Assembly: GCA_964464205.1 (NCBI GenBank)
Contig: CAYXFI010000001.1
Location: 1-56,425 of the forward strand
Source: an uncultured Cytophagia bacterium
Lineage (GTDB): Bacteria > Zhuqueibacterota > Zhuqueibacteria > Oleimicrobiales > Geothermoviventaceae
Direction: 5' to 3'
Length of the DNA stretch: 56,425 nt
In this document: positions 7,158 through 18,073 of the stretch, piece after piece
Layout of the letters: each line of letters opens with the position of its first letter
Numbering within the stretch: the stretch's first letter is position 1
Notes under the pieces: generated by a model
Told to the model about the DNA's origin: nothing
The model's database searches: none
What the model saw: only the letters and a program-made list of their open reading frames with translations
Made by a program: the position numbers and the translations under genes

Positions 7158-10145
7158 CTAATTGGAAAGGATGTGGTCGTTTTCACGGGCGAGACGAACC
7201 AACACGTCAAGCATACGCGGTGTCAGTCTTCGTCCTTGGAACTCCATGAACTCATCCGTCACAGCAAACACCGGCCGAAGCCCAGCCATGTATCGTTGCT
7301 TGTCTGCTGGGGCGGCGTGGTAGATCGACTTGCCGGTCTCCCAACGGTCGCTGTGCCCCAAAGCAAAGCCTTCCGAGTAGCCGTCGAACAGATCAGCCTC
7401 CATCATACGCCACTTGTTTTCGAGGCTGACTTCGGCGCCGTTGACAAGATCAGCCCATACGTTAGCCCATTGGGCGGTCGTCTGCTCGCCGAAATCATAC
7501 GTTCCGTCCGCACCCGGTTTGATATGGCCGCGTACGGTCTGCGCTCCGTCGGCCGCAATCAGTAACGCGCTCGTCCACGAAATCGCTCCGTCCGCCGAGC
7601 CAGCCGCAGCGTATAGGAATTCGTGCGTTCCGTTGCGTTGCCGGTAGGCGGTTGCTTCATCGGCAACCATATATTCCCAACGGGAATCGGTAGCGTCGAA
7701 GTATGCGTTCGTTGTGACGTACGTATAGTTTCCGGCGGCCGCCGTATGCTCCGCGCGAAACGCCGAAACGCCACCGAGTTGGATTACGTCATACGTTGCG
7801 GACCAGTTTGCAAGCGATCCGCCTACAGAAAGGTTGTCATCGAAACGAGCGTTGTCAACAACCCATAACGACCACGGATTGGTGATAGTCATGTTGGTTC
7901 CCGCCGCTGGGGCGCTTCCGACTTTTAGCGTAGCCGCGTTCGTAGTTGTGACACTACTGTTTGCAGCAGCTAATGTTGGTTGACCAATGAAAAAGTTACT
8001 CCAACCAGTATGTGTACCGCTAGCGGCCGTTGACCCATCCGTAAATGTTCGACTGAAAAGTTTTGTTAGAGGCGTGCCAGCCGAAGAATAGTTGATGTAG
8101 AATTGCATCGCCTGTTCGCCAGGTCCGGCGATAATATCAATAGAACCAGGGTACTGTGATCCAATGCCGGCTCCCACGGCATCCCTGTCAGGAATCAACG
8201 TCGGGTTCGTCGCACTCGCAGCCTCGTTCTGCAGCGCCCACGAGCCAGCCGTGCCGCCTACTGCGTTTACCTTAATGTCAAACTGCGTTTTCGCCGCTCT
8301 CCATATTTCGGTAGAGTCCACGATCCCCGAGACGTAAGCGTTGGCCTCCGTGGCGTTGTAGGCCCCGCCGATGCCGGTGCCAGTGTTACCAAATATTGCA
8401 AATAGTGGATTAGTAGCACTGACTAGTTCGTTCATGATAGCAGCATAACCATTTGCACCAGTACACCTAACGTTTTTCTTTAGCGTAATTGCAGAACTCG
8501 TTGTTTCAATGATAGAACTTCCATTCACAATAATATACAACCCTGTATTACCATCTGCACCCAATCCAGTCGCAGTACCCGCATTATCCGGGCAGATCGT
8601 TGGGTTCGTCCTGCTCGCCACTTCGTTCTGCAACGCCCACGAGCCCGCTGTGCCGCCCGTAACGTCGCCGTCGTTGGCGATCGTCATGGCGGTGGTCCAG
8701 GTAATAGCCCCGTCCGCCGTACCAGCAGATGCAACCCGGAAAACATGGGTGCCGTTAGCTTGTTTATAGTTGGCTGCTTCGTCGCCTACCGCACCTGATC
8801 CACGAATATACTTCCAGCCCGGCGTGGCGTCATAGTAAGCGTTGCTGGACAAAAGCACACTGTCACCACCGGCGGGAGTCGTCGGAGCCGTCAAAGAACC
8901 AATCCCACCCCACTGGATTGTACTGTAAGAAGTGTTCCATGCTTCCGGCGTCACCCCGATCCCGACATTGCCGGAGGAGTCGAGAATGAACTCGTTCGTG
9001 TTCGCCGTGATCGTACCGGTGATCTTGATATCGCTATTGGTCGTATCCACCGCCAACACATCCCCCGCGTCGCCGTCCTTGCGGACGAGAAGGGCTTCGG
9101 GGTCGGTGTCGTCGATGATCTGCTTGCCCTCAAGCGTGAAACTCGTAATCCCCGACAACGTTCCACCCGTAATCGACACACTGTTCGCATCCTGCGTTGC
9201 AATGCTGCCGAGCCCGATCGTTGATCGAACAGTTGCAGCATCAGCATCATCAAGAATCGATCGTCCAAAAGCAGTAAGCGCTGTTACGTTGGCCGCGCCT
9301 GAACCCGTGAAATAAGGCAATTTGTCCGCGGCGGAAGTCAATCCAGCCAGAGCCGCCAACTCCGCATCGTACGCCTGAACATCCGTACCGATCACAAGCC
9401 CCAGAGAAGCGCGGGCCGTCGCCCCCGATTCCGCCACCCAGTTCGCTCCGTCCCCCACAATGAAATTGCCGTCCGTCACTGCAAGAGCCGCAATGTCCGT
9501 CAGCCCCGCATCCGACGCCTGAAACGTCCCGCTCGTCGGCGTCAAATCGACATCCTGATCCGGCATCGTAATCGTCCGGTTCGTCGAGCCGGAAATCGCC
9601 GATACGTCCCATGTCGCTGTCTTGCTCGAATCCGCCGAATCCGCAATCTTGAGCCCTGTCACAAAGAGCGTCGTACCGTCGAACGTGAACCCTGCATCCT
9701 GCGCAATCTGGTTCGATCCATCCTCGTACAACACCCGAGTCGCCGTTCCGCCGGAAATCGCCCCGCCGATCGCCATCGTAACGCTGCCCGTAAACGTCGT
9801 TGCCGTCACCGTGTCCGCATAGACGTTCGTGTATCGAACAGCGTTGGATCCGAGATCATACGTCGAATCAGCCGACGGAATCAAATCCGCCCCGACCGTG
9901 ATCTTTGGCGTACTCGTGTCCACACGGAAAACAACAGCCGAAGCGCTCGTCATGATGTCCAGCGCATCCGCCCGGTCGCTGTCCACCTTCAGCGCAGAGA
10001 AATCCCAGTCGTCCGCAACCGTGTCATAAACAATCGACGTATTGCTCGATCGAATCGCACCGAAGATCTGCGTTTCAGCTCGAAGAGAACGAGGAAACGC
10101 CAACGCCGCCAACATGGCGACAATCAAGAAATGCTTGCTCGCCAT
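7158..10145 (-). CDS. Tail-fibre-like large structural protein (995 aa)
   Basis: G/T/A-rich beta-type sequence. Internal duplications: [18 protein letters not shown] twice, and NGTH.F...AG.ADGAI.WT twice. [15 protein letters not shown]-type fibre motif. The N terminus [23 protein letters not shown] looks like a Sec signal. Confidence 0.65.
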   Translation of the reverse strand: MASKHFLIVAMLAALAFPRSLRAETQIFGAIRSSNTSIVYDTVADDWDFSALKVDSDRADALDIMTSASAVVFRVDTSTPKITVGADLIPSADSTYDLGSNAVRYTNVYADTVTATTFTGSVTMAIGGAISGGTATRVLYEDGSNQIAQDAGFTFDGTTLFVTGLKIADSADSSKTATWDVSAISGSTNRTITMPDQDVDLTPTSGTFQASDAGLTDIAALAVTDGNFIVGDGANWVAESGATARASLGLVIGTDVQAYDAELAALAGLTSAADKLPYFTGSGAANVTALTAFGRSILDDADAATVRSTIGLGSIATQDANSVSITGGTLSGITSFTLEGKQIIDDTDPEALLVRKDGDAGDVLAVDTTNSDIKITGTITANTNEFILDSSGNVGIGVTPEAWNTSYSTIQWGGIGSLTAPTTPAGGDSVLLSSNAYYDATPGWKYIRGSGAVGDEAANYKQANGTHVFRVASAGTADGAITWTTAMTIANDGDVTGGTAGSWALQNEVASRTNPTICPDNAGTATGLGADGNTGLYIIVNGSSIIETTSSAITLKKNVRCTGANGYAAIMNELVSATNPLFAIFGNTGTGIGGAYNATEANAYVSGIVDSTEIWRAAKTQFDIKVNAVGGTAGSWALQNEAASATNPTLIPDRDAVGAGIGSQYPGSIDIIAGPGEQAMQFYINYSSAGTPLTKLFSRTFTDGSTAASGTHTGWSNFFIGQPTLAAANSSVTTTNAATLKVGSAPAAGTNMTITNPWSLWVVDNARFDDNLSVGGSLANWSATYDVIQLGGVSAFRAEHTAAAGNYTYVTTNAYFDATDSRWEYMVADEATAYRQRNGTHEFLYAAAGSADGAISWTSALLIAADGAQTVRGHIKPGADGTYDFGEQTTAQWANVWADLVNGAEVSLENKWRMMEADLFDGYSEGFALGHSDRWETGKSIYHAAPADKQRYMAGLRPVFAVTDEFMEFQGRRLTPRMLDVLVRLARENDHILSN

Positions 10146-10161
10146 CGGATGTTTCCCCGAA

Positions 10162-10473
10162 TCACTTTTCTTCGATCAGACACGGACGCTTTATCAAAGC
10201 CTCTCGCATCCCACGAATCTCCTTGCCAACTTCCCTGAGGGTCTCAAGCTGCGCCTGGTGAACCATCTTCACCTCGCCAAAACCCTCGCGGATCGCCGCA
10301 GAATGATCGTCGAGCGTCTGAGTAGACGCCCTGGTGATCTCAACCAGCGCATCGTTGTGCTTGTCCATCGCGCGAACAAACGCTTTCGTGACAAACACAA
10401 AAAGGCCAAGAAGCCCCAAGATCACCGGCACTACGACGTAAGGACTCTCTACGGCATGGATTGTTTCGTTCAT
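10162..10473 (-). CDS. Small single-pass membrane protein
   Basis: ATG 10473 (ORF track: 10581). One TM segment, [16 protein letters not shown], followed by a charged helical tail. Confidence 0.45.
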   Translation of the reverse strand: MNETIHAVESPYVVVPVILGLLGLFVFVTKAFVRAMDKHNDALVEITRASTQTLDDHSAAIREGFGEVKMVHQAQLETLREVGKEIRGMREALIKRPCLIEEK

Positions 10474-10549
10474 GTTGCTGGCTCTCTCATTACAAATAGC
10501 AAGAGCGCCCCGAGGCTCCCACGCTTGCCCCGGGGCGCTACGCCGCCCC

Positions 10550-11407
10550 TTAGAGAGCCTGCGCACAGGCCCACCAGTCAAGGTACATGTTCAACGCCGT
10601 GTCTCCGGCGATGTCCTTGATTCCGACGATCGGAGTCATGAAAACATCGTCCGGGAACGTCGCCGCATCCAACGCGGTTTTGCCGATCGAAGATTCGCTC
10701 GACACTCCCTCGTTGATCAACGCGCCGTTGACATACCACTCCAGCTTCTTCGGGTGCGCCTGGTAGCGGAACCCGAGCTTGACGAACGTGGAAGCCGTCA
10801 TCGTGTGCAGAGAATCCAGATCGGTGTTAACCGCACCGTCCTGATACGTCTGCCCGTCGGCCTTGTAAGCTCCGTCAATGGCGGTGCTCTCAGCCTTCAG
10901 ATGCACGAAGCCGCAGAAGTTCTTGTCCGCAAGAACTCCCGTCGTGTCCACGAACAAGCCGTCAGTGGCGCCCATGGCCGTTTCACCGAGCCCAACAGCC
11001 CACGACCATTTCGCCGCGGTCGTCGCGCTGACGGTGAGCCGAGCCTCAAAAGCGAGGTTCTTGTCAGCCAACTTGAACGGAGCCGCAAGACCCCGACCCC
11101 ATTGAAGGACCGCCTCGTCGTTCGCGGCGTTTCCGTCAATGGCAAGTTTGACCTGCCCCAGCGCCGTCGTGGACGTGTTGCCGGTGCAAGCCACCTGCTC
11201 GATCGAACAGCCCGTACCCTCCAAGATCCGATACGGACCCTCAAGAGTCGTAGCCTGAAAAGAGAAGAAGTCGTCGAAGAAACCAATTGCCGGATTCCCC
11301 GAGGCGGTTGAGTGAAAGTCGCCGCCGATAGGCGGAGCGAACTTCCTCCAGAGACGGCCCGAAAGACTTCGGTGGCCGTCAAGTTCGTCCCAGGACAAAA
11401 AAGACAT
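10550..11407 (-). CDS. Hypothetical virion protein next to the capsid gene (decoration or minor capsid?)
   Basis: GAGGAG RBS. Beta-rich, 285 aa. Placed by position only. Confidence 0.5.
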   Translation of the reverse strand: MSFLSWDELDGHRSLSGRLWRKFAPPIGGDFHSTASGNPAIGFFDDFFSFQATTLEGPYRILEGTGCSIEQVACTGNTSTTALGQVKLAIDGNAANDEAVLQWGRGLAAPFKLADKNLAFEARLTVSATTAAKWSWAVGLGETAMGATDGLFVDTTGVLADKNFCGFVHLKAESTAIDGAYKADGQTYQDGAVNTDLDSLHTMTASTFVKLGFRYQAHPKKLEWYVNGALINEGVSSESSIGKTALDAATFPDDVFMTPIVGIKDIAGDTALNMYLDWWACAQAL

Positions 11408-11466
11408 TGCTTTGCTCCTCTACGTGATCAACTCAAAATGGGCGTAACCCAAAAACACCTCGCCGA

Positions 11467-12546
11467 CTACGCGGTTTCGGTGATCGTCGCCGTGCTGTAG
11501 CCGCGGAAGTTCGCCCGACGGTTGAAGCACACGATTTGGCCGCTGTCGTCCATGCAACGCAAACGAACGTTGCTCATCTCGGGATGCTGGAACGGCTTCC
11601 GCTTCCGCATGTTGCGGCCGGCGGCGTAGTACCACTTGAACGTCTTCCAGTTCACGCCGAGGATGATCCCATCCGTCCGAGCGTTCTGGCTGGAGCTGTT
11701 CGTCCACGCCGGCACCCACACCATCGGTACGCCGCGGATGTAGACGTTGCCCGAGTGCGCCGCCAGGTCGTTCTTGATGTTGTCGTTGCCCAACTGCAAC
11801 AACCTCCGAGCCACGGCGACGCGGCTGTGCGTGGTCAGCAACTCCCAGTTGGGCCGCTGCTGCTCCGCGATGTCCGGCCGAGGGATCGGCGGCTTGAACT
11901 CGCAGAGATCCATCGAGTTGATCACCTTCTCGATGCAATCATCCCGATCGAAGTTGGTGTAAGAAAACGTCCGGTTCTTCCACTGCGGGTAGTCGGCAAC
12001 GTCGATGTTTCCGGCGCCGCTTGTGAAACCAGACGGATTTCCACCGTTGAACCCTTCCGTTGCGCTTTCCTGAATCCACCAGGTCAGGCTGGTCGGAGGG
12101 AACGGACTTTGCGATGAGCTGGTCGGACCGTCGCCAAACATGAGATCTTCCATGCCGGCAAAGAACGACTTCATGAGCCCGTCTTCTCGCAACTTGATGT
12201 AGTTGACGATCTGCTGGGCCCCCTGGCCGAAGACCTCCTCGTCGATGTCGTAATGGTAGTTCGTGGTCGTCATTGCCCACTTCATCGACGCTTCGTCGAG
12301 GACGTTCACGCGGTTCGACGAATCCCTGTGGTACAACCCGACCACCTGGAAGTTGTCGGCGTACCGAACTTCGATCTTCCACTTGCATTGAGAAGTGGAC
12401 ATCTCGGCCTTCTTCATCCGATCGAAGAGCCGAGACGCGAAGTAGTATTCCTGAAGCGGCATGGAAATATCCTGCCACTTCCCCATGACGTACTTCTGCA
12501 AGTACGCATGGATAAAGTCGTCAAGTTGTTCGATGCCTAGCGCCAT
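11467..12546 (-). CDS. Putative major capsid protein
   Basis: 359 aa, immediately after an acidic scaffold-like gene and the portal. AGGGGAG RBS. Call rests on gene order only. Confidence 0.55.
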   Translation of the reverse strand: MALGIEQLDDFIHAYLQKYVMGKWQDISMPLQEYYFASRLFDRMKKAEMSTSQCKWKIEVRYADNFQVVGLYHRDSSNRVNVLDEASMKWAMTTTNYHYDIDEEVFGQGAQQIVNYIKLREDGLMKSFFAGMEDLMFGDGPTSSSQSPFPPTSLTWWIQESATEGFNGGNPSGFTSGAGNIDVADYPQWKNRTFSYTNFDRDDCIEKVINSMDLCEFKPPIPRPDIAEQQRPNWELLTTHSRVAVARRLLQLGNDNIKNDLAAHSGNVYIRGVPMVWVPAWTNSSSQNARTDGIILGVNWKTFKWYYAAGRNMRKRKPFQHPEMSNVRLRCMDDSGQIVCFNRRANFRGYSTATITETA

Positions 12547-12580
12547 CGTTGAGACTCCCCTTAAACCCGCAAGCGCTCAA

Positions 12581-13690
12581 TCAGCTGTCTTGTTCCTCCA
12601 ATTGCTTGTAGAGCTGCTCCATCTCCTCCTCGATGGATGGAGGCGTCTCCGTCGCTTTCGTGGAACCGCCGCCCATTCGCATGTTCGACTGCCGTTGAAT
12701 CTTGCGGGTGTGTTGCTTACGTTGCTTCTTCGCCAATTGCTCCGCGAACTCCATGTGAAGAACGCGAGACAATAACACACTGTCCAACCTCGGCTCCAAA
12801 CCGTGAGCCGCCATACCGGCGATCAGATACTGCTGACTCGCGAAGAGTTTCTTGCGGTTCTCCAGCTGCGCGTCGCTCTCTTTCCCGGTCTCACCAAACA
12901 GATCGGCGTGACCGAGAGAATCAACAAGAGAGTCGAACTGCGCCTCAAGAGCCGCCTGCTCGCGCTCGGCTTCCGCTCGCTCAAGGACCGCAAAACGATC
13001 CTCGAACGCCTTCAACCTGGACTCGTAATGCTCGTTCAGAGCGGTAAGCTCCCGAGCAATCTCGTCGTCCTCAAACTCTTCCGGGTCCAGCTTGAGCTGA
13101 TAACCGGTCGTCGTTGTCGCATCCTTGCTCGAACCATTCTCCTCCGCTCGATTGCGGGGCAAGAAACGCCCATCAGGGCCCCTCGCCAACGTCGCGTCGG
13201 AGGAAGTTTCCTTGCCGCCCTCGCCCTCTTTCTCCTCGCTTTCCGTCTGCTCGCGCCCTCGCGACATGACGTTCTTCAAGAGAAAGCTGTAGGCCTTGTC
13301 GAACTCTTCCTTGCTCGAAAAGACGTCAAGCTCATCTTCCGCAATCCCAAGCATCCTTGCAGAACTGCGAACCTCGTCGGTGATCCAGTCGGTCTCATCC
13401 TCAACCGTCTCGTCACCGTCTTCGCCGCTTTCCGCGGCGGCATCGTCATCGTTGACGGGAGTCTCATCGTCAACGGGTACTCGCTCAACTTTGTCGTCGC
13501 TCAACAACTGAGAATCCGTCTCAGTCTTCTTGGGGGAGTCGGAGCTGTCATCCACCTTGCCGGCGTCGGTGTCTTTGGGATCGTCGCTTCCTGAATCTTC
13601 AGACGAAGGATCGACGATGAACTTGTCAACAAGTTCATCGATCTGTTCTTTGGTGGCGTTTTCCGGCAAGTCCCTTACGGTCGTTCCCAT
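12581..13690 (-). CDS. Putative scaffolding protein
   Basis: ATG 13690 (GGAG 8 nt upstream, 2 nt after the upstream stop). Very acidic D/E/S-rich N half and a helical, coiled-coil-like C half. Lies between portal and capsid. Confidence 0.55.
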   Translation of the reverse strand: MGTTVRDLPENATKEQIDELVDKFIVDPSSEDSGSDDPKDTDAGKVDDSSDSPKKTETDSQLLSDDKVERVPVDDETPVNDDDAAAESGEDGDETVEDETDWITDEVRSSARMLGIAEDELDVFSSKEEFDKAYSFLLKNVMSRGREQTESEEKEGEGGKETSSDATLARGPDGRFLPRNRAEENGSSKDATTTTGYQLKLDPEEFEDDEIARELTALNEHYESRLKAFEDRFAVLERAEAEREQAALEAQFDSLVDSLGHADLFGETGKESDAQLENRKKLFASQQYLIAGMAAHGLEPRLDSVLLSRVLHMEFAEQLAKKQRKQHTRKIQRQSNMRMGGGSTKATETPPSIEEEMEQLYKQLEEQDS

Positions 13691-13692
13691 TT

Positions 13693-13998
13693 TCAATCTC
13701 CGTAACATCCATCGGCGTCAACCAAACCGCGATATCGCAGCAACTCACGACGCCCGCGGCGGCTCGTGATCTCCAGCGATCCGTTGTCCCGAACGTGAAC
13801 ACCTTGAATCCCAGCAGCGCGAATATGCTCCCGCATCTCGGGAACCTGGTTCGGCAAACAACCAAGTCCCTCGGAAATCAGCGGCTTGTGATCCTGATAG
13901 GTGCGACTGATCATCGCAACGCCGCGACCGCCTACCTTCTTCTTCAGGAACTGCTCCCTTGTGACCTTCTTGCCGTTGATCTTGTAGCCGATTTTCAT
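13693..13998 (-). CDS. Hypothetical protein (101 aa)
   Basis: ATGA overlap with the portal stop. No motif recognised. Confidence 0.45.
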   Translation of the reverse strand: MKIGYKINGKKVTREQFLKKKVGGRGVAMISRTYQDHKPLISEGLGCLPNQVPEMREHIRAAGIQGVHVRDNGSLEITSRRGRRELLRYRGLVDADGCYGD

Positions 13999-15797
13999 GC
14001 TGGCGACCTCCCGATCGAAGCCGCTTGCTGCGAGTTGACCTGCGGAGCGCTCTGGCCAGACAGGACCTGCTGGAGGATATTCGACCGGTTCTCGCTCGTC
14101 CCTCCAGTCGGCACATTCCGCCGAACGACGTTTCGCGTTGTCACAGGACTTTGACTCGCGCCGTGAGAACCGCCGCCCTGTGGAGCCCCCTCCTGATTCA
14201 CAAACGAGATGATCCGCAGAATCTCCGGCCGGTCCTGCAAATCGGCGATGATCTTCAAAAGCTCCTGAGCGTCAAGGACAGCTCCAGAAGCCTGGAACAT
14301 CGGCCAGAGCGGCGCAATCCGCTCCAGAATCGAAAACAACTCCTGCAACTTCTGCTGAGGAGTCTTGTGGACCATCGAATACGGCTCGACGACGAACTTG
14401 TAGTCCTCAAAGTCGCCAGCCCGGTGCTCCGGCTCCAAAGACGAATCCACGTATAACCCCGTATTTCCAATCTCGTCCGACGAGTGGATCACGATGTTGT
14501 TGTCGTTCCAGATCAGATAAGCCAGGTCCGTGCAACATTCCGCGGCGAACTCGACAACCGCTTGCTGCATGTCCGCTTCCATCCGAGACACGCCGCCCTG
14601 GATCATTTCCTCTTGCTTGGCTGTCTCAGCCTGAGATCCCAGCCCGCCCATCGCCCGAAGGTTGCCGGCGAACCTGTCGTACTCCTCCTGGATGAACAAC
14701 GAGAAAGCCTGGTCCTGGCTGCTGATCCCGCCGAGCTCAACCTGAGTCACGCTGTCAGGAGCCTTCATTTTGATCCAAGCGTTTCGCTTCGCCTCGCGAA
14801 GCAGGTTCGCCTCGTCCTCGTGGCCGGGCGAATACGTGTTGATCCGACGATGAGCGTCAGAATCATCCCTCATGCGGCGGTGCAACCGGTTCTGAAGATC
14901 GTGGAGCATCTTCAGATTCATCGCCGGAGAAACCGGGATGATGTTGTCTGGAACCAGCCCGAGGTTCAGGAACTTGTAGGGGCCTCCCTGCCAACCCTCC
15001 CAATCTCGCTCGATCAGCGGCGGATAGGGAAGATCCAGATTCGTGTCGATCGCAAACGTCGCGATCGAGTTGTTCTCTGGAATCCAGAGATCCATCAGCC
15101 AGATCATCGGCTTCAGCTCGTCGTCCTGAACGTCCGGCGAGCCAATCTCGTTTGCGTGATCCGCGCCATCAACCAGCCGCTTCGACCCGGGCTTCAGGTT
15201 CTTCACAACCGACTTGTCGTAACCAGGCTCGCTCTTCACCTTCTCGTAGTCAGCGCGGTATCTGTGGCCGCAGAACCGCATCTTCGAGATTTCCTTGGCC
15301 GACATGTCCAGCACAAGGTCATGGATCGACACCCTGTTGATCCACGGCTCGCCCGGGTCCAGCCACACGTCCTCCTCGCTCTCCAGCAGGCCGTGATACC
15401 TCGTATCGGTGTCCCGCATCATCACGACGGCGCACCCAAGGCAGAAGAACGCATCCAGCACGATCGCCCGGAGCGTACGGTTCAGGTTCATGTCGGCGAT
15501 CATCTGGTTGATGTTGACCTGAAGCCGCCGGGCGAAATCCAGATTCGCCAGATTCGTCGTCGAGACCTTCACCCGAGGGTTGTTCGACGCCAGGGCCACC
15601 GTGTAGATCCGCGCCGTCTGGTTGATCAGGTTGACCAGCGTGTCGTAGCGGGCGCCGCTCCCCTCGCCGTACCAGGAGCCGACGTAATCCCTCACAAGCT
15701 CCTTGTGAGTCACGCGAAACGGCTCCATCGCCTCTTTCGAGCTCTTCAGGGCCCTCGAAAGCCGCCCGCGAACGAGCTGACTGCTCAGATTGATCAT
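13995..15797 (-). CDS. Putative portal protein
   Basis: 600 aa, second gene after terL. ATGA overlap with the upstream ORF. Called from size and position. Confidence 0.6.
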   Translation of the reverse strand: MINLSSQLVRGRLSRALKSSKEAMEPFRVTHKELVRDYVGSWYGEGSGARYDTLVNLINQTARIYTVALASNNPRVKVSTTNLANLDFARRLQVNINQMIADMNLNRTLRAIVLDAFFCLGCAVVMMRDTDTRYHGLLESEEDVWLDPGEPWINRVSIHDLVLDMSAKEISKMRFCGHRYRADYEKVKSEPGYDKSVVKNLKPGSKRLVDGADHANEIGSPDVQDDELKPMIWLMDLWIPENNSIATFAIDTNLDLPYPPLIERDWEGWQGGPYKFLNLGLVPDNIIPVSPAMNLKMLHDLQNRLHRRMRDDSDAHRRINTYSPGHEDEANLLREAKRNAWIKMKAPDSVTQVELGGISSQDQAFSLFIQEEYDRFAGNLRAMGGLGSQAETAKQEEMIQGGVSRMEADMQQAVVEFAAECCTDLAYLIWNDNNIVIHSSDEIGNTGLYVDSSLEPEHRAGDFEDYKFVVEPYSMVHKTPQQKLQELFSILERIAPLWPMFQASGAVLDAQELLKIIADLQDRPEILRIISFVNQEGAPQGGGSHGASQSPVTTRNVVRRNVPTGGTSENRSNILQQVLSGQSAPQVNSQQAASIGRSPA

Positions 15798-16096
15798 CCT
15801 TGAGCCCTCCCGTTCGGCGAGGACGGCTGAATGATCCGAGGATACTCCACCTCGTCAAAGTGGCGCTGGGCCCCCTCCGGCAGCGAGCGGTAGATCGTCT
15901 CGGCGAGCGGCTGTCGGCGCTGCATGACGAGCGCCACCGGAGCCAAAAACAGCATGGGAAGGCTCGCGCAGAGCTCTTCGACCGTGATATCCGGCCGCGG
16001 GACGAAGACGTAAGCCCTTTGCACTCCCGGGACGCTGATTTTCAGGTCGGATACCCCGCCTGGCGCTGAACCTGTCCTTCCGTCCCCATGATCCAT
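15794..16096 (-). CDS. Hypothetical protein (100 aa)
   Basis: Fills the terL-portal gap and is tightly packed. Confidence 0.4.
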   Translation of the reverse strand: MDHGDGRTGSAPGGVSDLKISVPGVQRAYVFVPRPDITVEELCASLPMLFLAPVALVMQRRQPLAETIYRSLPEGAQRHFDEVEYPRIIQPSSPNGRAQG

Positions 16097-16099
16097 GTT

Positions 16100-18070
16100 T
16101 CAGCTCGTATTCAGGAGGTCTTTCAGGCTGAACTGAGGCTCATCATCCGTCCATTTACGCTGCTCCCGAAGTTCCTGCTGTTCCCGCCAGCCCCAGCTCC
16201 CATACGGAGCATCTTGACTATCTTGCTTGTTTTTGTCAACATACTTCGACCGACGGTCGCTCACCGCCAACCAAGCGACGCCGGCGGCGACGCACCGGTC
16301 GCCGTGGGCTTTCATGTCGGTTTTCATGCCTTTTGTGGGCCTGTGGACGATCTTTCCTTTGTCCCATTCATACTCGCCGCATTCCCTTATGAGATCAGCA
16401 CTTCGGGGTGTAAACTCGTCGGCGTCCATGGCGATATTGAGCTCGTCGAAGAGGGCGGCTTTGACGTCGTCCGACGTGTTCCACCAGCCGGGCATTTTTT
16501 TGGTCCCGCCGTAGCGCTGGTAGGTGCTCCGCTCGTAGTAATTGCCGTAGCCGATCACGTCCACGATTTCTCGACCGAAGCCGGTTCCGCAGGGGCCAGT
16601 TGCCTCCCAGGCTAGGTAGGCCCGTTTGAGCCAGATGCACAGCGACACGACCAGCCGGGCAAATAGGGTCGGGATCATCGCGGGAGTGGCGTACTCCATG
16701 ATCTGCTCGCCGGTGTCCCGGTCGATCCCGCAGGCCACGGAATTGCTGCTCGAAGGGCCCGCAACCCCGGCGCTCAGGTCGCACCCGACAGCGTAGCGGC
16801 CGCGCGGCGCGTTCAGGTCCAGCCCGGGCATGAACCAGAGCTTCAGCGGCCCGCGGTCCTGGACCACAAAACCCTTCACCTCCAGACTCTCGTTGTCGTA
16901 GATCACACGCCCCCGCCAGATCGGCTTCCGCGTGCACTCGAACTTCATCCGGTCCAAGACGCCCTGGTCGAATACTTTCCCGATCACGCCAGAAGGGTTC
17001 CGGTCCAGCTCCTTCGCGATGCTCCGAGGCGTCGCCCCGGGCCGAAGACACTGCTGGTCGTACCACGGCGACCGAACCTTGTTCTGGATCGCGTGGCCGC
17101 GCCGCTCCAACCGATCCAACGTCTCCCGGTTGTTCCGAACGTACTTCAGAACCAAACCGTCCTCCGCCGGCTTCACCGCGCGCGACCGACCGCCCTCCAA
17201 AATGTACATCAGCCGATTCTGGGTCGGGTTGTCCTTCCAATCCAGAATCAACTTCGTCGCCGACGAATCACTCTGAGCCGCATCGTAAAACGCCCCTACG
17301 TCGCTCCCATACGTGCTCACCAAGAACCGACAGTTCGTGATGTGCTGCGTGTTCCCCAGAACCGCATAATCCTTCCCGCCGCGAATGAACTCCTCGCTCC
17401 CGATCTCGTCGATACAGAACACCGTCTTCCGCCCGCCGCGGCCGACGTCGCCAGTCGCCGAATATCCAACGATCGTACTCCCGTTCTCCGGGTTGCTGAT
17501 CGAATGGCTCGTGATGCTCCGATGCCTGCTGAAATCAAAACCAACTGGCAACATCCACTCCGGCAAATGATGAAGCTCCCAGTCCAACTTCCAAAGCAAC
17601 GTGTCCGGGTCCGTCTTCGAATCAACCAGGTCCTCGTTCCTCGTTACCAAACCAACTGAAAACAACGGATCGCGAAGCCAACGACGCAAACAAACCAACA
17701 AGTACATCCACGTCGCGCCCTGCCCCCGACTCTTGTCAACAACCAAGTCGATCGGCGTCTCGCTTCGCTCGCTCTTGCTGATCGCCCGATCCATCGCCTC
17801 TATCACAGGCTTCTGATGAACCCACGTCACAAACGGCCGAACCTTGTGAATGCTACGCGGTTCAAAACACCAACTAACAGCGTCGAACCAGAACAACACG
17901 TCGTGAAACATCGCGTACCGAATAGCGTCCCGAACACCACGACTGTCGCAAGCAGCACGCCATAACTTCTCCCGCCACTCCAGGTTGGCCGCGATCCGCT
18001 GAGGAACATGCTTCAAAAAGTCCCCGCCAACACCGCTACCACCCAAACCGCCGTAGCCGCTTACACCCAT
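16100..18070 (-). CDS. terL: Terminase large subunit
   Basis: Walker A-like VDKSRGQGATW, Walker B VFCIDEIGSE, C-terminal nuclease-like acidic motif AVGCDLSAG. 656 aa, upstream of the portal. Confidence 0.8.
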   Translation of the reverse strand: MGVSGYGGLGGSGVGGDFLKHVPQRIAANLEWREKLWRAACDSRGVRDAIRYAMFHDVLFWFDAVSWCFEPRSIHKVRPFVTWVHQKPVIEAMDRAISKSERSETPIDLVVDKSRGQGATWMYLLVCLRRWLRDPLFSVGLVTRNEDLVDSKTDPDTLLWKLDWELHHLPEWMLPVGFDFSRHRSITSHSISNPENGSTIVGYSATGDVGRGGRKTVFCIDEIGSEEFIRGGKDYAVLGNTQHITNCRFLVSTYGSDVGAFYDAAQSDSSATKLILDWKDNPTQNRLMYILEGGRSRAVKPAEDGLVLKYVRNNRETLDRLERRGHAIQNKVRSPWYDQQCLRPGATPRSIAKELDRNPSGVIGKVFDQGVLDRMKFECTRKPIWRGRVIYDNESLEVKGFVVQDRGPLKLWFMPGLDLNAPRGRYAVGCDLSAGVAGPSSSNSVACGIDRDTGEQIMEYATPAMIPTLFARLVVSLCIWLKRAYLAWEATGPCGTGFGREIVDVIGYGNYYERSTYQRYGGTKKMPGWWNTSDDVKAALFDELNIAMDADEFTPRSADLIRECGEYEWDKGKIVHRPTKGMKTDMKAHGDRCVAAGVAWLAVSDRRSKYVDKNKQDSQDAPYGSWGWREQQELREQRKWTDDEPQFSLKDLLNTS

Positions 18071-18073
18071 GGC

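Noticed and set aside
11420-12478. Alternative minus-strand ORFs 11420..11938 and 11939..12478 inside the capsid gene region, and similar nested ORFs in terL (16395..17240) and the PrimPol/helicase genes.
   Set aside because: They are out-of-frame overlaps with Arg/Pro/Gly-rich products. The chosen frames have normal composition, RBSs and tight junctions with neighbours.
14484-15803. Long antisense ORFs opposite real genes, e.g. 14484..15803 (439 aa), 42184..43839 (551 aa), 43894..45096 (400 aa), 29602..30732 (376 aa), 50779..51756 and 51955..52923.
   Set aside because: These are typical stop-poor antisense frames of high-G+C DNA. The products are R/P/L-rich and low-complexity, lack RBSs, and each is fully contained in a motif-bearing or well-packed minus-strand gene.
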